Below the pieces are notes generated by a model, which had not been told where the DNA came from, made no database searches, and saw nothing but the letters and a program-made list of their open reading frames with translations. DNA of 64,000 nt from Octopus bimaculoides. Lineage: Eukaryota. Position 1 is the stretch's first letter; each line of letters starts with the position of its first letter. This document shows positions 53,201 through 64,000 of this stretch, piece by piece. Where the stretch lies: positions 34,454,573 through 34,518,572 of the forward strand of contig NC_069002.1 of NCBI RefSeq assembly GCF_001194135.2, read 5' to 3'. A program made the translations under genes and the position numbers.

Positions 53201-56200
53201 CGTGTCTAATATAAGAGTAAGATCAACCTCCAATTACACCGATAAATTATTTCAATGTTTCATAAGTTATCAAGGTCAAATATAGAGGGCCTTTGTAAAA
53301 GAGTTTCGTTAAAGAAGATGAGAAATTTAGCAGTGTCGATGTTCAAACATTTCTGATGTTAGCAGATATACTTTCCTGGAGGAACATTATCGACGGTGTA
53401 GGTTTGCTCTTTCTGATGACAATATTGTGGTTCTTTGTCCAGCACTGAGATATGGCAGAAACTGAAGTATGATCAGTGGCTCAGAGGAAATTTTATTCAT
53501 GCCATGGTGCTTAAGATCTAAACGGTTAATTTTACTGTAGCATTCATTTTAAGAAGAAATGGAGACAATTGGTGAAAATTTGTCTCCACGACTGTTAAGT
53601 AGATGCTCCCTTATTGTTCCCAAATGAAATTAGCAAATATGGTAGATCGTCTTATGGCAAAACAAAAGATATGGCTGTCAGAAGAAACGAATCCATTCCA
53701 TTTCTGCTACATAGTAGAAAACGGAATAAAGTAAACACTGAAAAATTATATTAAAATAGTTGTTGTGGCAAGGTAGAGATCAGACGTCTTTTGTAGATAA
53801 AGTCGATAAATCAGTTAGTAATCTTCTTTTATCTTATCACTATAATCCATTATGTCTGTATTAGGCAGACAATCCTGTTGCTTTTATACGATGTTTTGAC
53901 TGCGTAAATTTAATGGTGACGATGAACATAGTTGGTATGTTGAAATAGGTTCGTATTTCTCGAGTAATTTTGTCCTGTCTATGAATTAGGTAATTCCAGT
54001 TTCCTTTGGGACATTATCCCACAAATACCACGTTATTATGTATTTCATGTTACGATGTCTATTATTTGTGCCTGTGGTATATTTGACCAATACGTAGATC
54101 CCATTAATAATTTAGTGCACATGGTTTATTTATTCATTATCTGCATTTTAGGGATACTTTTGCCTTTCCGAAATATACTCTGAGAATAGAGGGACACGGC
54201 AGTTTCTTGAAGTAAATGCAAAATGCTTATAGGGAGACGAGTGTAAAGTAATACCTATCTCATAGAACTAACCCGGTAATAAACCACAGTAATACATATT
54301 ATATAACTTACGACGCTTTCGTTCACAATTACTTTACAGGACTCTGAATGAATTTTTGTGAATTACAAAACAACTACTAGAAATAATAATCAAGTCTCCC
54401 ACAATTCACAACCTAATGTATTAAATAGGAAAGTGCTTTTTTTCCCCATCATTGGAAATATAGAAAATCCCAGACGGAGCATCTGAAAATTCCTCAGATG
54501 ATATGTGATCTATACAGCTACGAATTGTTACTCACCACAGCGACTGTAACAACAACAACATAACTATATTACTTTGAAAGAATTTGGGTGACAACATGTG
54601 AAATTCAAAGAAGATATAATGATTGGTTAACACAAGTGCAGCTCTTTAATGTTCTGCCAAGATTTACCGAACAGTCACGAATATTTTCACATTGCAATCG
54701 AAACGCTACATACATAGATCGAATAAAGGCGTTCTAAATTGGGGCCATCTGTCCTCCTCAGGTTCCCTTGGTCTAATTTCGCTAATAAGCTTAGAAATTT
54801 TCCAAAGATAGAAATATCACTGATTAACTAAAGTGTCATTCTATTTGATAGCATGACTTCGCAAGATATCGTTTCAAAATATATTTTTGGAGTTGAAAAC
54901 TTATACCGAATGTTCTGTGAGATATCATTGCACTACGCCATTGCCACTGTAAAGCTATGACCGAAATTGCTATATTAGGATCGTGAACTCATGTAGACCA
55001 AACCCGAAGTTGCTTACATAGAGTGCAGAGACACTCCAACATGTGCAAACAGTCACAGATGGTCTTATTCTCGTGCGAGTGTGTGTGCGTCTGTGTCTGC
55101 GTGTGTCTATGCTTCCGTGTGTATTTGTGTCTTTGTGTGCGTGCGTGTATGCGATGTTTGTTGCTCTATCTGCCGCATCATTCTCTCAAAAAATATATCT
55201 AAACTACCATGGTATCTATCAAAAACCTTAGTCTAAATATATGGTCCTCTCTGTCTGGACCTACATATTTCATGGTGGACGGGTCTTCTCCATTCTCTTA
55301 CTCGTAACAACATAACAGCAGAAACGATGAAAACGTACGGAAGCCATTATAAATCCTAGATACACAATGTTGCAAAGATTGACTGCACGCTAACGCTGGA
55401 ATCATTTAATCAGAGATACCTCTCTAATATAAGGCTGATACGGGATTAAGTGATCAGAATAATCAACAATCAATGAATGTATTAAATAAATCATGAGACA
55501 TATTCATTCATTCATATATAAGTAAATGACTAAAAGAAGCGACATAGCGTAAGCGGAGAGGTCAGGTTAAGAAGCAAGACGAAAATATGAAAAATATATA
55601 TAAAAATAAATGGAATTATTCTGTTCAGACATTTTACAATTATGTTGCAGTCCTGTCAGTCAGGAGGCCAAGAAATATCTTCATAATTACTCTATTGTAA
55701 TTTCTCTATTAACTAAATTAGCTTTAATTAGAATTATTCATGAACTTAATCATACTAATTATAATGTCTATTCAAGATCGGTGGAAGATATTTTGTTTTA
55801 ATTTTATCACTTTCAAAAGGTCGCATTTTCTAATTTTCATATTTTTTTTCGTTAATCAGTGGACATTCAACTACAAGAAAATATTAAGTACTATTTCATC
55901 CATGTACAATATCCTTTCATTGGAGATTGCCTGGAGATAGCTGTGTGATTGAGACAAATTATAGATGTCCGAAGACAGTGCCAAAAGCTGTCAAAGAAAA
56001 TAAAATGATAAACAATAACTAAAGACACAACATACACTCATTAATGAGCAGAACAACGTCCGCTGTCTACAAAGAAATCAGCAACAATAAACATCTGTCT
56101 GGCTATCTATTTCTCTATACATACATGCATATTCACACCCACAAAAAAACACACGCAAACAGGCACATATACCTATATATGCATACATATACTCACACGC

Positions 56201-56644
56201 ATATCTTATAATATATGCATGAATATATATGTGTGTGTGCGTGTGTGTGTGTGAGTGCGTGTGTGTGAGTGTGTGTGTGTGCGTGTGTGTGTGTGTCTTA
56301 TGGTGAGAAAAAAATCGTTACTTCTAATAATGTTCATAGCTCGTTTTGAGATTTTAGAACTAGTTACTTTGCTCGTTACGAGATCAGCGGCTGTCTGCTG
56401 CTTCTGTGTTTATATGTTGTGAGTAGAGATGATTGACTGCCATCTCTAGCTGGCAATTATCCCGCACTCATGGAGGCTAAAAACCCAGAGACAATGGTCT
56501 CCAGGTCTTGTCAAGGTGGGTGGGGGGTACGCTCCCTTACTGAAAAAATATAGGACACACTTTGAATGAGTTAAAATGTAGTAACATAGTTCTTTATAGA
56601 GCAACCACGTTATTGTGGCAAAAAAAGTTACTCTCTCTCTCTCT

Positions 56645-56683
<39 letters not shown>

Positions 56684-57179
56684 TGTGTGTGTGCGTGTGT
56701 GTGTGTGTGTGTGCAAACACGAACCACCTCACATTGAAACTGTCACGTGTTGCATATGAAAATAAGTATTAAGGCTTACCTTTTATTCAGCGGTCTGGGG
56801 GGTCCCGACATTGGGAATAATGAAAGGATTATAAACTCGACAAGTCAAAATTGTGAAGACTTGTTAAGACCACTGACTTTTTAACAGGATGTTTTCTTCT
56901 GGCTCCCACATCTTGAGAAGAAAGGAATCACATACACGTATTTGTCTCATCCTGATGTACGTTTTGCCAAGCGATTCTAATGTTAGAGTCTGGTACCCTA
57001 CTACGGCTTCGGTTCATATAAAGTTTTCACCGATGTTCATAGCCTTCCTTTTGAAATCTCCCATCCAGCAAGAGTTGACAAAATATGGTGTCCACTTAAC
57101 CTTTTCATCGAGTTCCGAAACGTTGATTTTGGGAAGGTGAAAATTGTTTCTCAATAGTTTTGTATTTAAAGTCGATAAG

Positions 57180-57390
57180 TTCCTTTTCTTCTTCTTCTTC
57201 TCATCCTCCTCTACCTCCTCGTCCTTCTCTTCCTCTTCCTCCTCTTCCACCTCTTCCACCTCCACGTCCTTCCTTTTTCCTCTTCCTCCTTTTTTCCTTC
57301 TTTTTCCTCTTCCTCCACCTCCTCCTTTTCGTTGTTGTTGTTGTTTTTCTTCTCCTCATCTTCCTTCTCCTCCTGCTGTTCATCTCCTTC
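57180..57390. repeat. Pyrimidine-rich (CTT/CCT)n tract
   Basis: Directly visible; gives the poly-E/R/S/P ORFs. Confidence 0.95.
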
Positions 57391-59955
57391 CACAATTAGC
57401 ATAGACGTATGGGGAAAATGATATTTTTCCGGAACCTACTATTTTGTTATCATTATTCTTGTCGTGGTTCCTGAGTCTTTTTGCTCACCATTGTTATTTC
57501 ATATAAACTAATATCTTTCAGGTACTACCATTCAGGTATTTTTGAGTCAGTGTGTTTGTGTTTGTGTGTGTATGCATGTATGTCCACATACCTGATGTGT
57601 GCGTTCAGCAATTCTTCAACCCTTTTATTTACTTTGGATTTGTATGAAGGAAAGAAACATGGCCGAATACTAAAAGAATATTTGAATGAAAGCTTTGTTG
57701 TCCATTGCTGTCAAATTGTAGCTCTCCCAATTCATACCTTTCAGGTAAGACATTTCTGATATTCATCATTTTCCGTACATAATCCATATTTCAAAACCTC
57801 TATCCAATTATTTTCACTGTACATCTCGCAGCAGGAACTGCCATTTGCAAACAGCAAATTAGAGTGAGGAAAATGGAACCAAAAAAAAAGGAGTAAATAG
57901 GAACTAAAAACAAAAACAAAAAAAATAGAAATAATTTTCTAATAACGACTGGTGTCTATTCATTCCAGAATCTCATATATGTGTATTTGTGTGTGGGCGG
58001 ATACACCTGTATGTGTATGAGAGAGAGAGTGAGAGAATGTGACATAAAAAGAAATTATGTGTGTAAAATTGTGTGCGTGCCTCCGTGTGTACGTATACAC
58101 CCTCCCTATATATACATATATACATAGATGAAACTTATGCACAGTTTCCCATATCGGTGATCTTTCCAATATAAATACAATAATCATGCACATATATATG
58201 TGCTAAACACATGAGCAGGTTTTTCCAGGAGAACATATCTACAGACAATAGAATTTATCTTGAATATATCCACCATTATTACATACATATTTCCTCAATC
58301 TCTTGTACGACTTTGACGGAATTACTACATCTACTTTACACTTTGATTAGAAAGCAAAATAGTGTATAATAACTAAAGCAGTGAAGCATTGAACCACCGT
58401 CAAGCTAAGATGTAAACTGTTGCTTTAGTCAATAAGTTAGCGGGATTGAACGAAGGGTATGCTTATGTGTGGTCTTTCTCCTTGCTAGAAAAAGCTGATT
58501 AGTCTTCCTTTTCTCATATTTAACAATTAAAATAATATGCATTTGAGTATATAGTTCTGGATGGAGAATTTGGAAATAAAATGAGATACAAATTCTTTGA
58601 AGTCTTTTATCAGACTTTGATATAGTTAAATCTGACGTTTGGGTCGACATTCACGCAAATATCTTTCAGTTGTGAATTGTACGTTAGTTTTAAACAATTT
58701 GTTTATAATTGTTCCTTGTTAAAGCACAAAGCTAGTAATTTAAAACTGTGAGCATAATGGATAAAATCTAAGCCAGTCATTGACCAATACGATGCTTTAT
58801 AAACATGGATGTGCCTTATGAACAATCGTCAAAGTAAGGTTGAATTGTGGATGATAGGTCTAGGGCATAGCGCTATAAGTTTCAACATAGATGTAAGACA
58901 TTTTGTGTTAGGTCTCTCAAAAGAATGCTTCTGTTTATACGACCAATATTTTCATACATATAAATATACACGGGAAGGCAAAACATTCTAATACTAAAAA
59001 AGAAATTGAGAAATGTAAATAATATTCTACTGACATTAAGTAACTGTATACCTACATTTGCCAACGCCATTATATAAGTGTATATATAAACAAACATTTA
59101 TATTTATCTGTGTATACGTATACATGTATATGTATATGTAGGTGTATGTTTAAGTGTATGTGTGAGCGTGTTTGTTCTAACGTAAATATATATTATATCT
59201 TTTTGGTAGCTGCAAGACAAACTGTCGTTTTTCTTTTTAAAAAGTAACGTTCGTTTTCTTATAAGCTACTCTAATGACTGAATATTAAACTAAGACCTAA
59301 TCAATACATCCAAATAATAGTAATATCGATGATTCTTGCCTTTTCATTGTTAGAATGATTGTTTTTGCGACTACTTCCTGTTCTTCGTTTCACTGCTGTT
59401 TTTACAGCTATATTTTTTTGTATATTCTCGCTTCCGATATTTATTATACTGTATATATATATATATATNNNNNNNNNNNNNNNNNNNNNNNNNNNNNNNN
59501 NNNNNNNNNNNNNNNNNNNNNNNNNNNNNNNNNNNNNNNNNNNNNNNNNNNNNNNNNNNNNNNNNNNNNNNNNNNNNNNNNNNNNNNNNNNNNNNNNNNN
59601 NNNNNNNNNNNNNNNNNNNNNNNNNNNNNNNNNNNNNNNNNNNNNNNNNNNNNNNNNNNNNNNNNNNNNNNNNNNNNNNNNNNNNNNNNNNNNNNNNNNN
59701 NNNNNNNNNNNNNNNNNNNNNNNNNNNNNNNNNNNNNNNNNNNNNNNNNNNNNNNNNNNNNNNNNNNNNNNNNNNNNNNNNNNNNNNNNNNNNNNNNNNN
59801 NNNNNNNNNNNNNNNNNNNNNNNNNNNNNNNNNNNNNNNNNNNNNNNNNNNNNNNNNNNNNNNNNNNNNNNNNNNNNNNNNNNNNNNNNNNNNNNNNNNN
59901 NNNNNNNNNNNNNNNNNNNNNNNNNNNNNNNNNNNNNNNNNNNNNNNNNNNNATA

Positions 59956-59989
<34 letters not shown>

Positions 59990-60387
59990 TGTGTGTATGT
60001 ATGTATGTATACATATGATTACACATACGTATATATTGTTTGTATGTTTCTCATTAATAATAAAATAATGATATATATGCACCTTACAACTTATGCTTTG
60101 TAAGCTGATAGTAATTCCTTATTGCGTATTGTTAACATTTTTCTTCGTAATTTGCGGGTCATTGTTTGGGCGTCGTATGGAGGTTAAATGTCACAGTGTA
60201 GTGTTAGTTTCCTGAAGAAATATTATCCAATAATTGTATATATCAGCAACAATTCACCGCATTCTAACGAGATCTTGGAATGTCTCACGTATTCAAACAC
60301 ATTGCTATACGATTTCAGTTATAAGCTATATATATGTGTGTGTGCACGTGTGTGTGTATATATATAGTAGTCACTCGCATGTAAAGA

Positions 60388-60860
60388 AAAATATTCGACA
60401 GTTGTTCGATGAAATTATCATACAGCTGCTGCCTCAATATTAAGAACACCATTACGCACAATCACCAACAAGAAACTACATCCAGTTGTAACTGTGGAGA
60501 CCCAGGAACATGTCCACTCGATTAGGGCTTCATGGCGAAATCTATCATATACGAGGTAGACGTTATAGCAACCCTAGATCAAAACATAACCTGAAACAGG
60601 CGTTGCATGGTGTTATGTTTAGGTGACTTCAAGAATTGTTATTCTAACCACATATCTTATTTCCGACTCGGTGACAAAAATAAAGCCACAAAGTTGGCAA
60701 ACCACGTATTGGGTTTGAAGTCTAACGCCACCCCAAATACAATCAAGTAGAATATAGTTAAAACATCTAGGCCATATATTAATGGACACAAAAAACGAGT
60801 TATGCATAGCTGAATCCTTATACTCCTGAATTCCAGATCTAAAATTTTGTTTCTACCAAA
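60388..60860 (+). mobile_element. Penelope-like retroelement, GIY-YIG endonuclease region (pseudogenised)
   Basis: One frame with three stops: KIFDSCSMKLSYSCCLNIKNTITHN..CNCGDPGTCPLD*GFMAKSIIYEVDV..FKNCYSNHISYF..ATKLANHVLGLKSN..TIK*NIVKTSRPYINGHKK, then a frameshift to ELCIAES. The KLSYSC, CNC..CPL.G, FK.RY.NH, IKW and C.LC motifs match the recalled PLE endonuclease. Confidence 0.85.
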
Positions 60861-60879
60861 TCCCCTCAGAAGGCTTTTG

Positions 60880-60955
60880 TTTTCCTTGTGGTATAGTAGA
60901 AGGTACCACACACTGGCTGGGAAACAAACCTTATACCACACAGCCACGCCTGATA
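60880..60955 (-). mobile_element. SINE family B, short 5' fragment
   Basis: Reverse complement CAGGCGTGGCTGTGTGGTATAAGG..GTGGTACCTTCTACTATACC. Confidence 0.65.
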
Positions 60956-61654
60956 TCATAACCAGAATTACAATTAGGAATAGAAATTTAGCACATAATT
61001 ATTGAGATCCGAATTTGATATCTGTATTTGTTTTCATCGGATCCTTTCAGTATTTATGGTTAACATCGACCAAATAGATACAGAACGAGCAACAATAATC
61101 CAAATAACCATACAACGCGCAACTTAACTAATATCAATAATCTTATTCAAATGGCCTTATATATCTGAATTAATGGTTGGGTATTAATATAATCCCCTAA
61201 ATTGAATTATTAGCCATTCCTTGAACAACTGTGATAATTGTTTTGCTAGATGAGAGCTGTCCTGCAGCGAGAAAACCAACCAAGCGCAAAGCGTCACGTT
61301 GTTTCTATACACAGACATGTACAAAATTTGCAGCTAATCAGATTTATATATGCTGTTGAAATCTTTTCTATACACAGCTATCTGCGTAAACTGACACGCC
61401 ATAAAAGTAAGATTTGTGAATATTTTGTATGTGGAAATAGAAACATGATATATACAGCAAATGATATTCATAATAATAATAAGAATATTTCTTTTTTAAA
61501 TTCCCAAATTAATGCATAGCTTCTAGATGAACAAATATATTGCACACCAGAATATTTCGGGTGCTGAGTTTCTCATATCCATGACGAATCAATTCCACAT
61601 ATAATATCTAGATCTGTCGGGCCTTGTGTGTTGAGTAGAAAAGAATATCTAGAT

Positions 61655-62024
61655 CAGTGATTTTCAACCACTTTTTACATATTGATACGTCTATTACTAT
61701 TTTATCGTGATGGAATATCCCTTATAAACATTCGATGTGTAAAGACTAAATATGTAATGATTTCTTTTAAAATTCCTATTTTGTTTTTCACACGTTGGCT
61801 TTTGTAGATTCAATTACATAACAAAGGTTTGAGAATGAGAAATTGTTTCTTGTAATGAACACATCTAAATCAAAGTTTTGTTTTTTCCTTTACCCTTAAT
61901 ATACCACTCTTGATCGCTAATTTAACATTTGGCTTACGCTGACTCCCCAAACATCATATATGGATGTTCGGTGTACATATGGAGCCGCTGAGGGGGTTAT
62001 AAGAACTCCAGTTGAGAAACATTG
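61655..62024. mobile_element. hAT (Charlie/Buster-like) non-autonomous element, 370 bp
   Basis: TIRs CAGTGATTTTCAAC and (reverse complement) CAATGTTTCTCAAC match at 11 of 14 positions. 8-bp flanks ATCTAGAT (61647-61654) and ATATGGAT (62025-62032) match at 6 of 8; the left flank fits the NTCTAGAN target preference. Confidence 0.7.
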
Positions 62025-62764
62025 ATATGGATGGTCAAACGTGGCTCCAACCAAAGATACAGCTAGACTCGAACGACAGAATTGGCCAATTGATACATTC
62101 GCCGGACATTCTGCGAAAGCCACAGCGAAAACAGACGGAAGCCAATATGAACACCAAAGTAAAGCTGTAACTGAAAGTAACGACAAGTCACAACAGAGAT
62201 ACGAAATAACAACTAATTATAGACACCCCAAAACACACAGGCGTACAAATTAAAATATGTTTATGCTTCTACGTGTGTGTATGCGAAATGAAGACAAAAC
62301 TACATGGTACTAATCAATTTTTCGAAACCACACACAATATATTCCTACATAAACACTCAATATCCTTTTTATAGTATCGCTGATATCATCAAATCAAGGT
62401 AGTATTATTAGCTTAAGCATCGATTCATAATTTATATTTGCAACCATAAAACATGAGATAGGAACACAACGAGAAAAAAAGAAAAATCGTTGCAAATAGA
62501 GAACAAATAAAATCTCATTACAGATAAGTTGTACTAATAATATTAAAATAATGGANNNNNNNNNNNNNNNNNNNNNNNNNNNNNNNNNNNNNNNNNNNNN
62601 NNNNNNNNNNNNNNNNNNNNNNNNNNNNNNNNNNNNNNNNNNNNNNNNNNNNNNNNNNNNNNNNNNNNNNNNNNNNNNNNNNNNNNNNNNNNNNNNNNNN
62701 NNNNNNNNNNNATATATATATGTATGCATATATATGCATATATATGCATCATCTTAACATGTTG

Positions 62765-62925
62765 AATATTATTGCTATTATTGTTATTATCATTATCATT
62801 ATCAACATCATCATCATCATCATCACTTTCATTATCATTGTTGTTAATAATAACAAGGATAACGATAGAATAACGATAACATCAAGAACAAGAATAACAA
62901 CAACAACAACAACCATAAATAATAT
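62765..62925. repeat. (ATT/ATC/AAC)n low-complexity tract
   Basis: Directly visible. Confidence 0.9.
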
Positions 62926-63402
62926 CAATAGATATTTTTAGCATTATATACGTACGATATTATTCTGTATATTTTTGTCTAAATATTTAGATAAATGAAA
63001 TATTTTCCCTTAGGTGAGATTAAAATAGCTGTTGAACATACGCGTATCAGACAAACTCTTATCTCTGGAACTGGAATATAATCTCTTTTGATTCTTGATT
63101 AGTTTTTTTTTTTTTTCACCATTATATTTCATATTATGACTTTTTATATTTGATTAGTTTTCCAGGCAGCTTCGTTTGTATTATAATACACATAATCATG
63201 CTAATGACTGGAAGAATATTACATTAGATAAGCGAGATGCATACTGATTCATCGAAAAATTTGAATGATTTTTAAGCATGTAATTAATAGAAACTGTATT
63301 ATGTAATAATTGTCAGGAGACTGATGTCAGAGGGTATGTGAGTGTGTGCGAAAGTGTGTGTATAGTAACACACACGCGCACCTAAACATATATGTATGTA
63401 GT

Positions 63403-63440
<38 letters not shown>

Positions 63441-64000
63441 AACATATATATATATGTACATATATGTATATATATATATATATAGATATATATATATGTA
63501 TATATACATATGTGCTCTCTGTGTTTGTGTGCGTGCATATAAATAAGTTGTAAATATCTAAAAGCACCTAAAACCGTCAACCTAGATTTCACTGGGTACA
63601 GTTCACAGTGAGTTAAACTATAAAGGTATGAAGATATATTTATGAGGTATTGGTAGGATACTGCATATATGGAAGTACCAACATCAAGAGTAAATCCAAC
63701 TCTGGGGCTTGTTCCCGGTTTGGAGTATAAAATTTAGACTACAGAGGACGTTACCTAACTACGAAAGTTATTTCGGTAGAATTTTATTGATGTATTTAGA
63801 GATTACATCATAAAACAGAATTCAAACACTTCAAGTACAATATCAAACATGGAGGATTTCAGACAAATTCAATATCGTCATATTTACTTGAAGATTGTAG
63901 ATTATATGTTTAGATTCAATGTATGAATACATCTACAAATTTATACTGAGAGAGCTGTTGTAAATCTTAAACAGCATATATATATATATATATATATATA

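Noticed and set aside
9875-56785. Series of isolated minus-strand GTAAG/GTGAG donors (about 9880, 37977, 44424, 54316, 54535, 56779) as one gene
   Set aside because: Such motifs are expected many times by chance at this base composition; no coherent reading frame or homology links them.
57144-57404. Glu/Arg/Ser/Pro-rich ORFs in all frames
   Set aside because: Purine/pyrimidine low-complexity tract.
61917-62186. 89-aa ORF with an apparent signal peptide
   Set aside because: Starts at TTG rather than ATG, and its 3' half lies in a hAT MITE.
1-64000. CRISPR arrays, tRNA/rRNA genes, protocadherin or C2H2 zinc-finger exons, chemotactile receptor genes
   Set aside because: Eukaryotic DNA with no repeat-spacer arrays; tRNA-like boxes belong to SINE heads; no long exon or diagnostic motif of these families was found.

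Overview
AT-rich, microsatellite-saturated animal genomic DNA from a draft assembly with 14 N-gaps. The density of (TA)n/(TG)n/(GA)n tracts and the SINE and transposon families point to a coleoid cephalopod, most likely Octopus (inferred from recalled repeat families, not from a search). I could not recognise any host protein-coding gene. The long ORFs in the supplied track are microsatellite translations, N-gap read-throughs or transposon relics. What is supportable: (i) many copies of three tRNA-derived SINE families, three with clear target-site duplications and one head-to-tail cluster of four; (ii) decayed LINE fragments (a CR1/L2-type RT with YADD, RTE 3' ends, a Penelope-like GIY-YIG endonuclease); (iii) DNA transposon relics (two DD37D/maT-like Tc1-mariner pieces, a 385-bp mariner deletion derivative with TIRs and TA TSD, a hAT MITE, a possible Helitron helicase relic); (iv) simple repeats; and (v) a few weak candidate promoters/first exons, the best at 29845-29968. 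The window reads as intronic or intergenic repeat-rich sequence. I found no convincing new biological system; findings are modest and mostly concern repeat biology or unproven exons.
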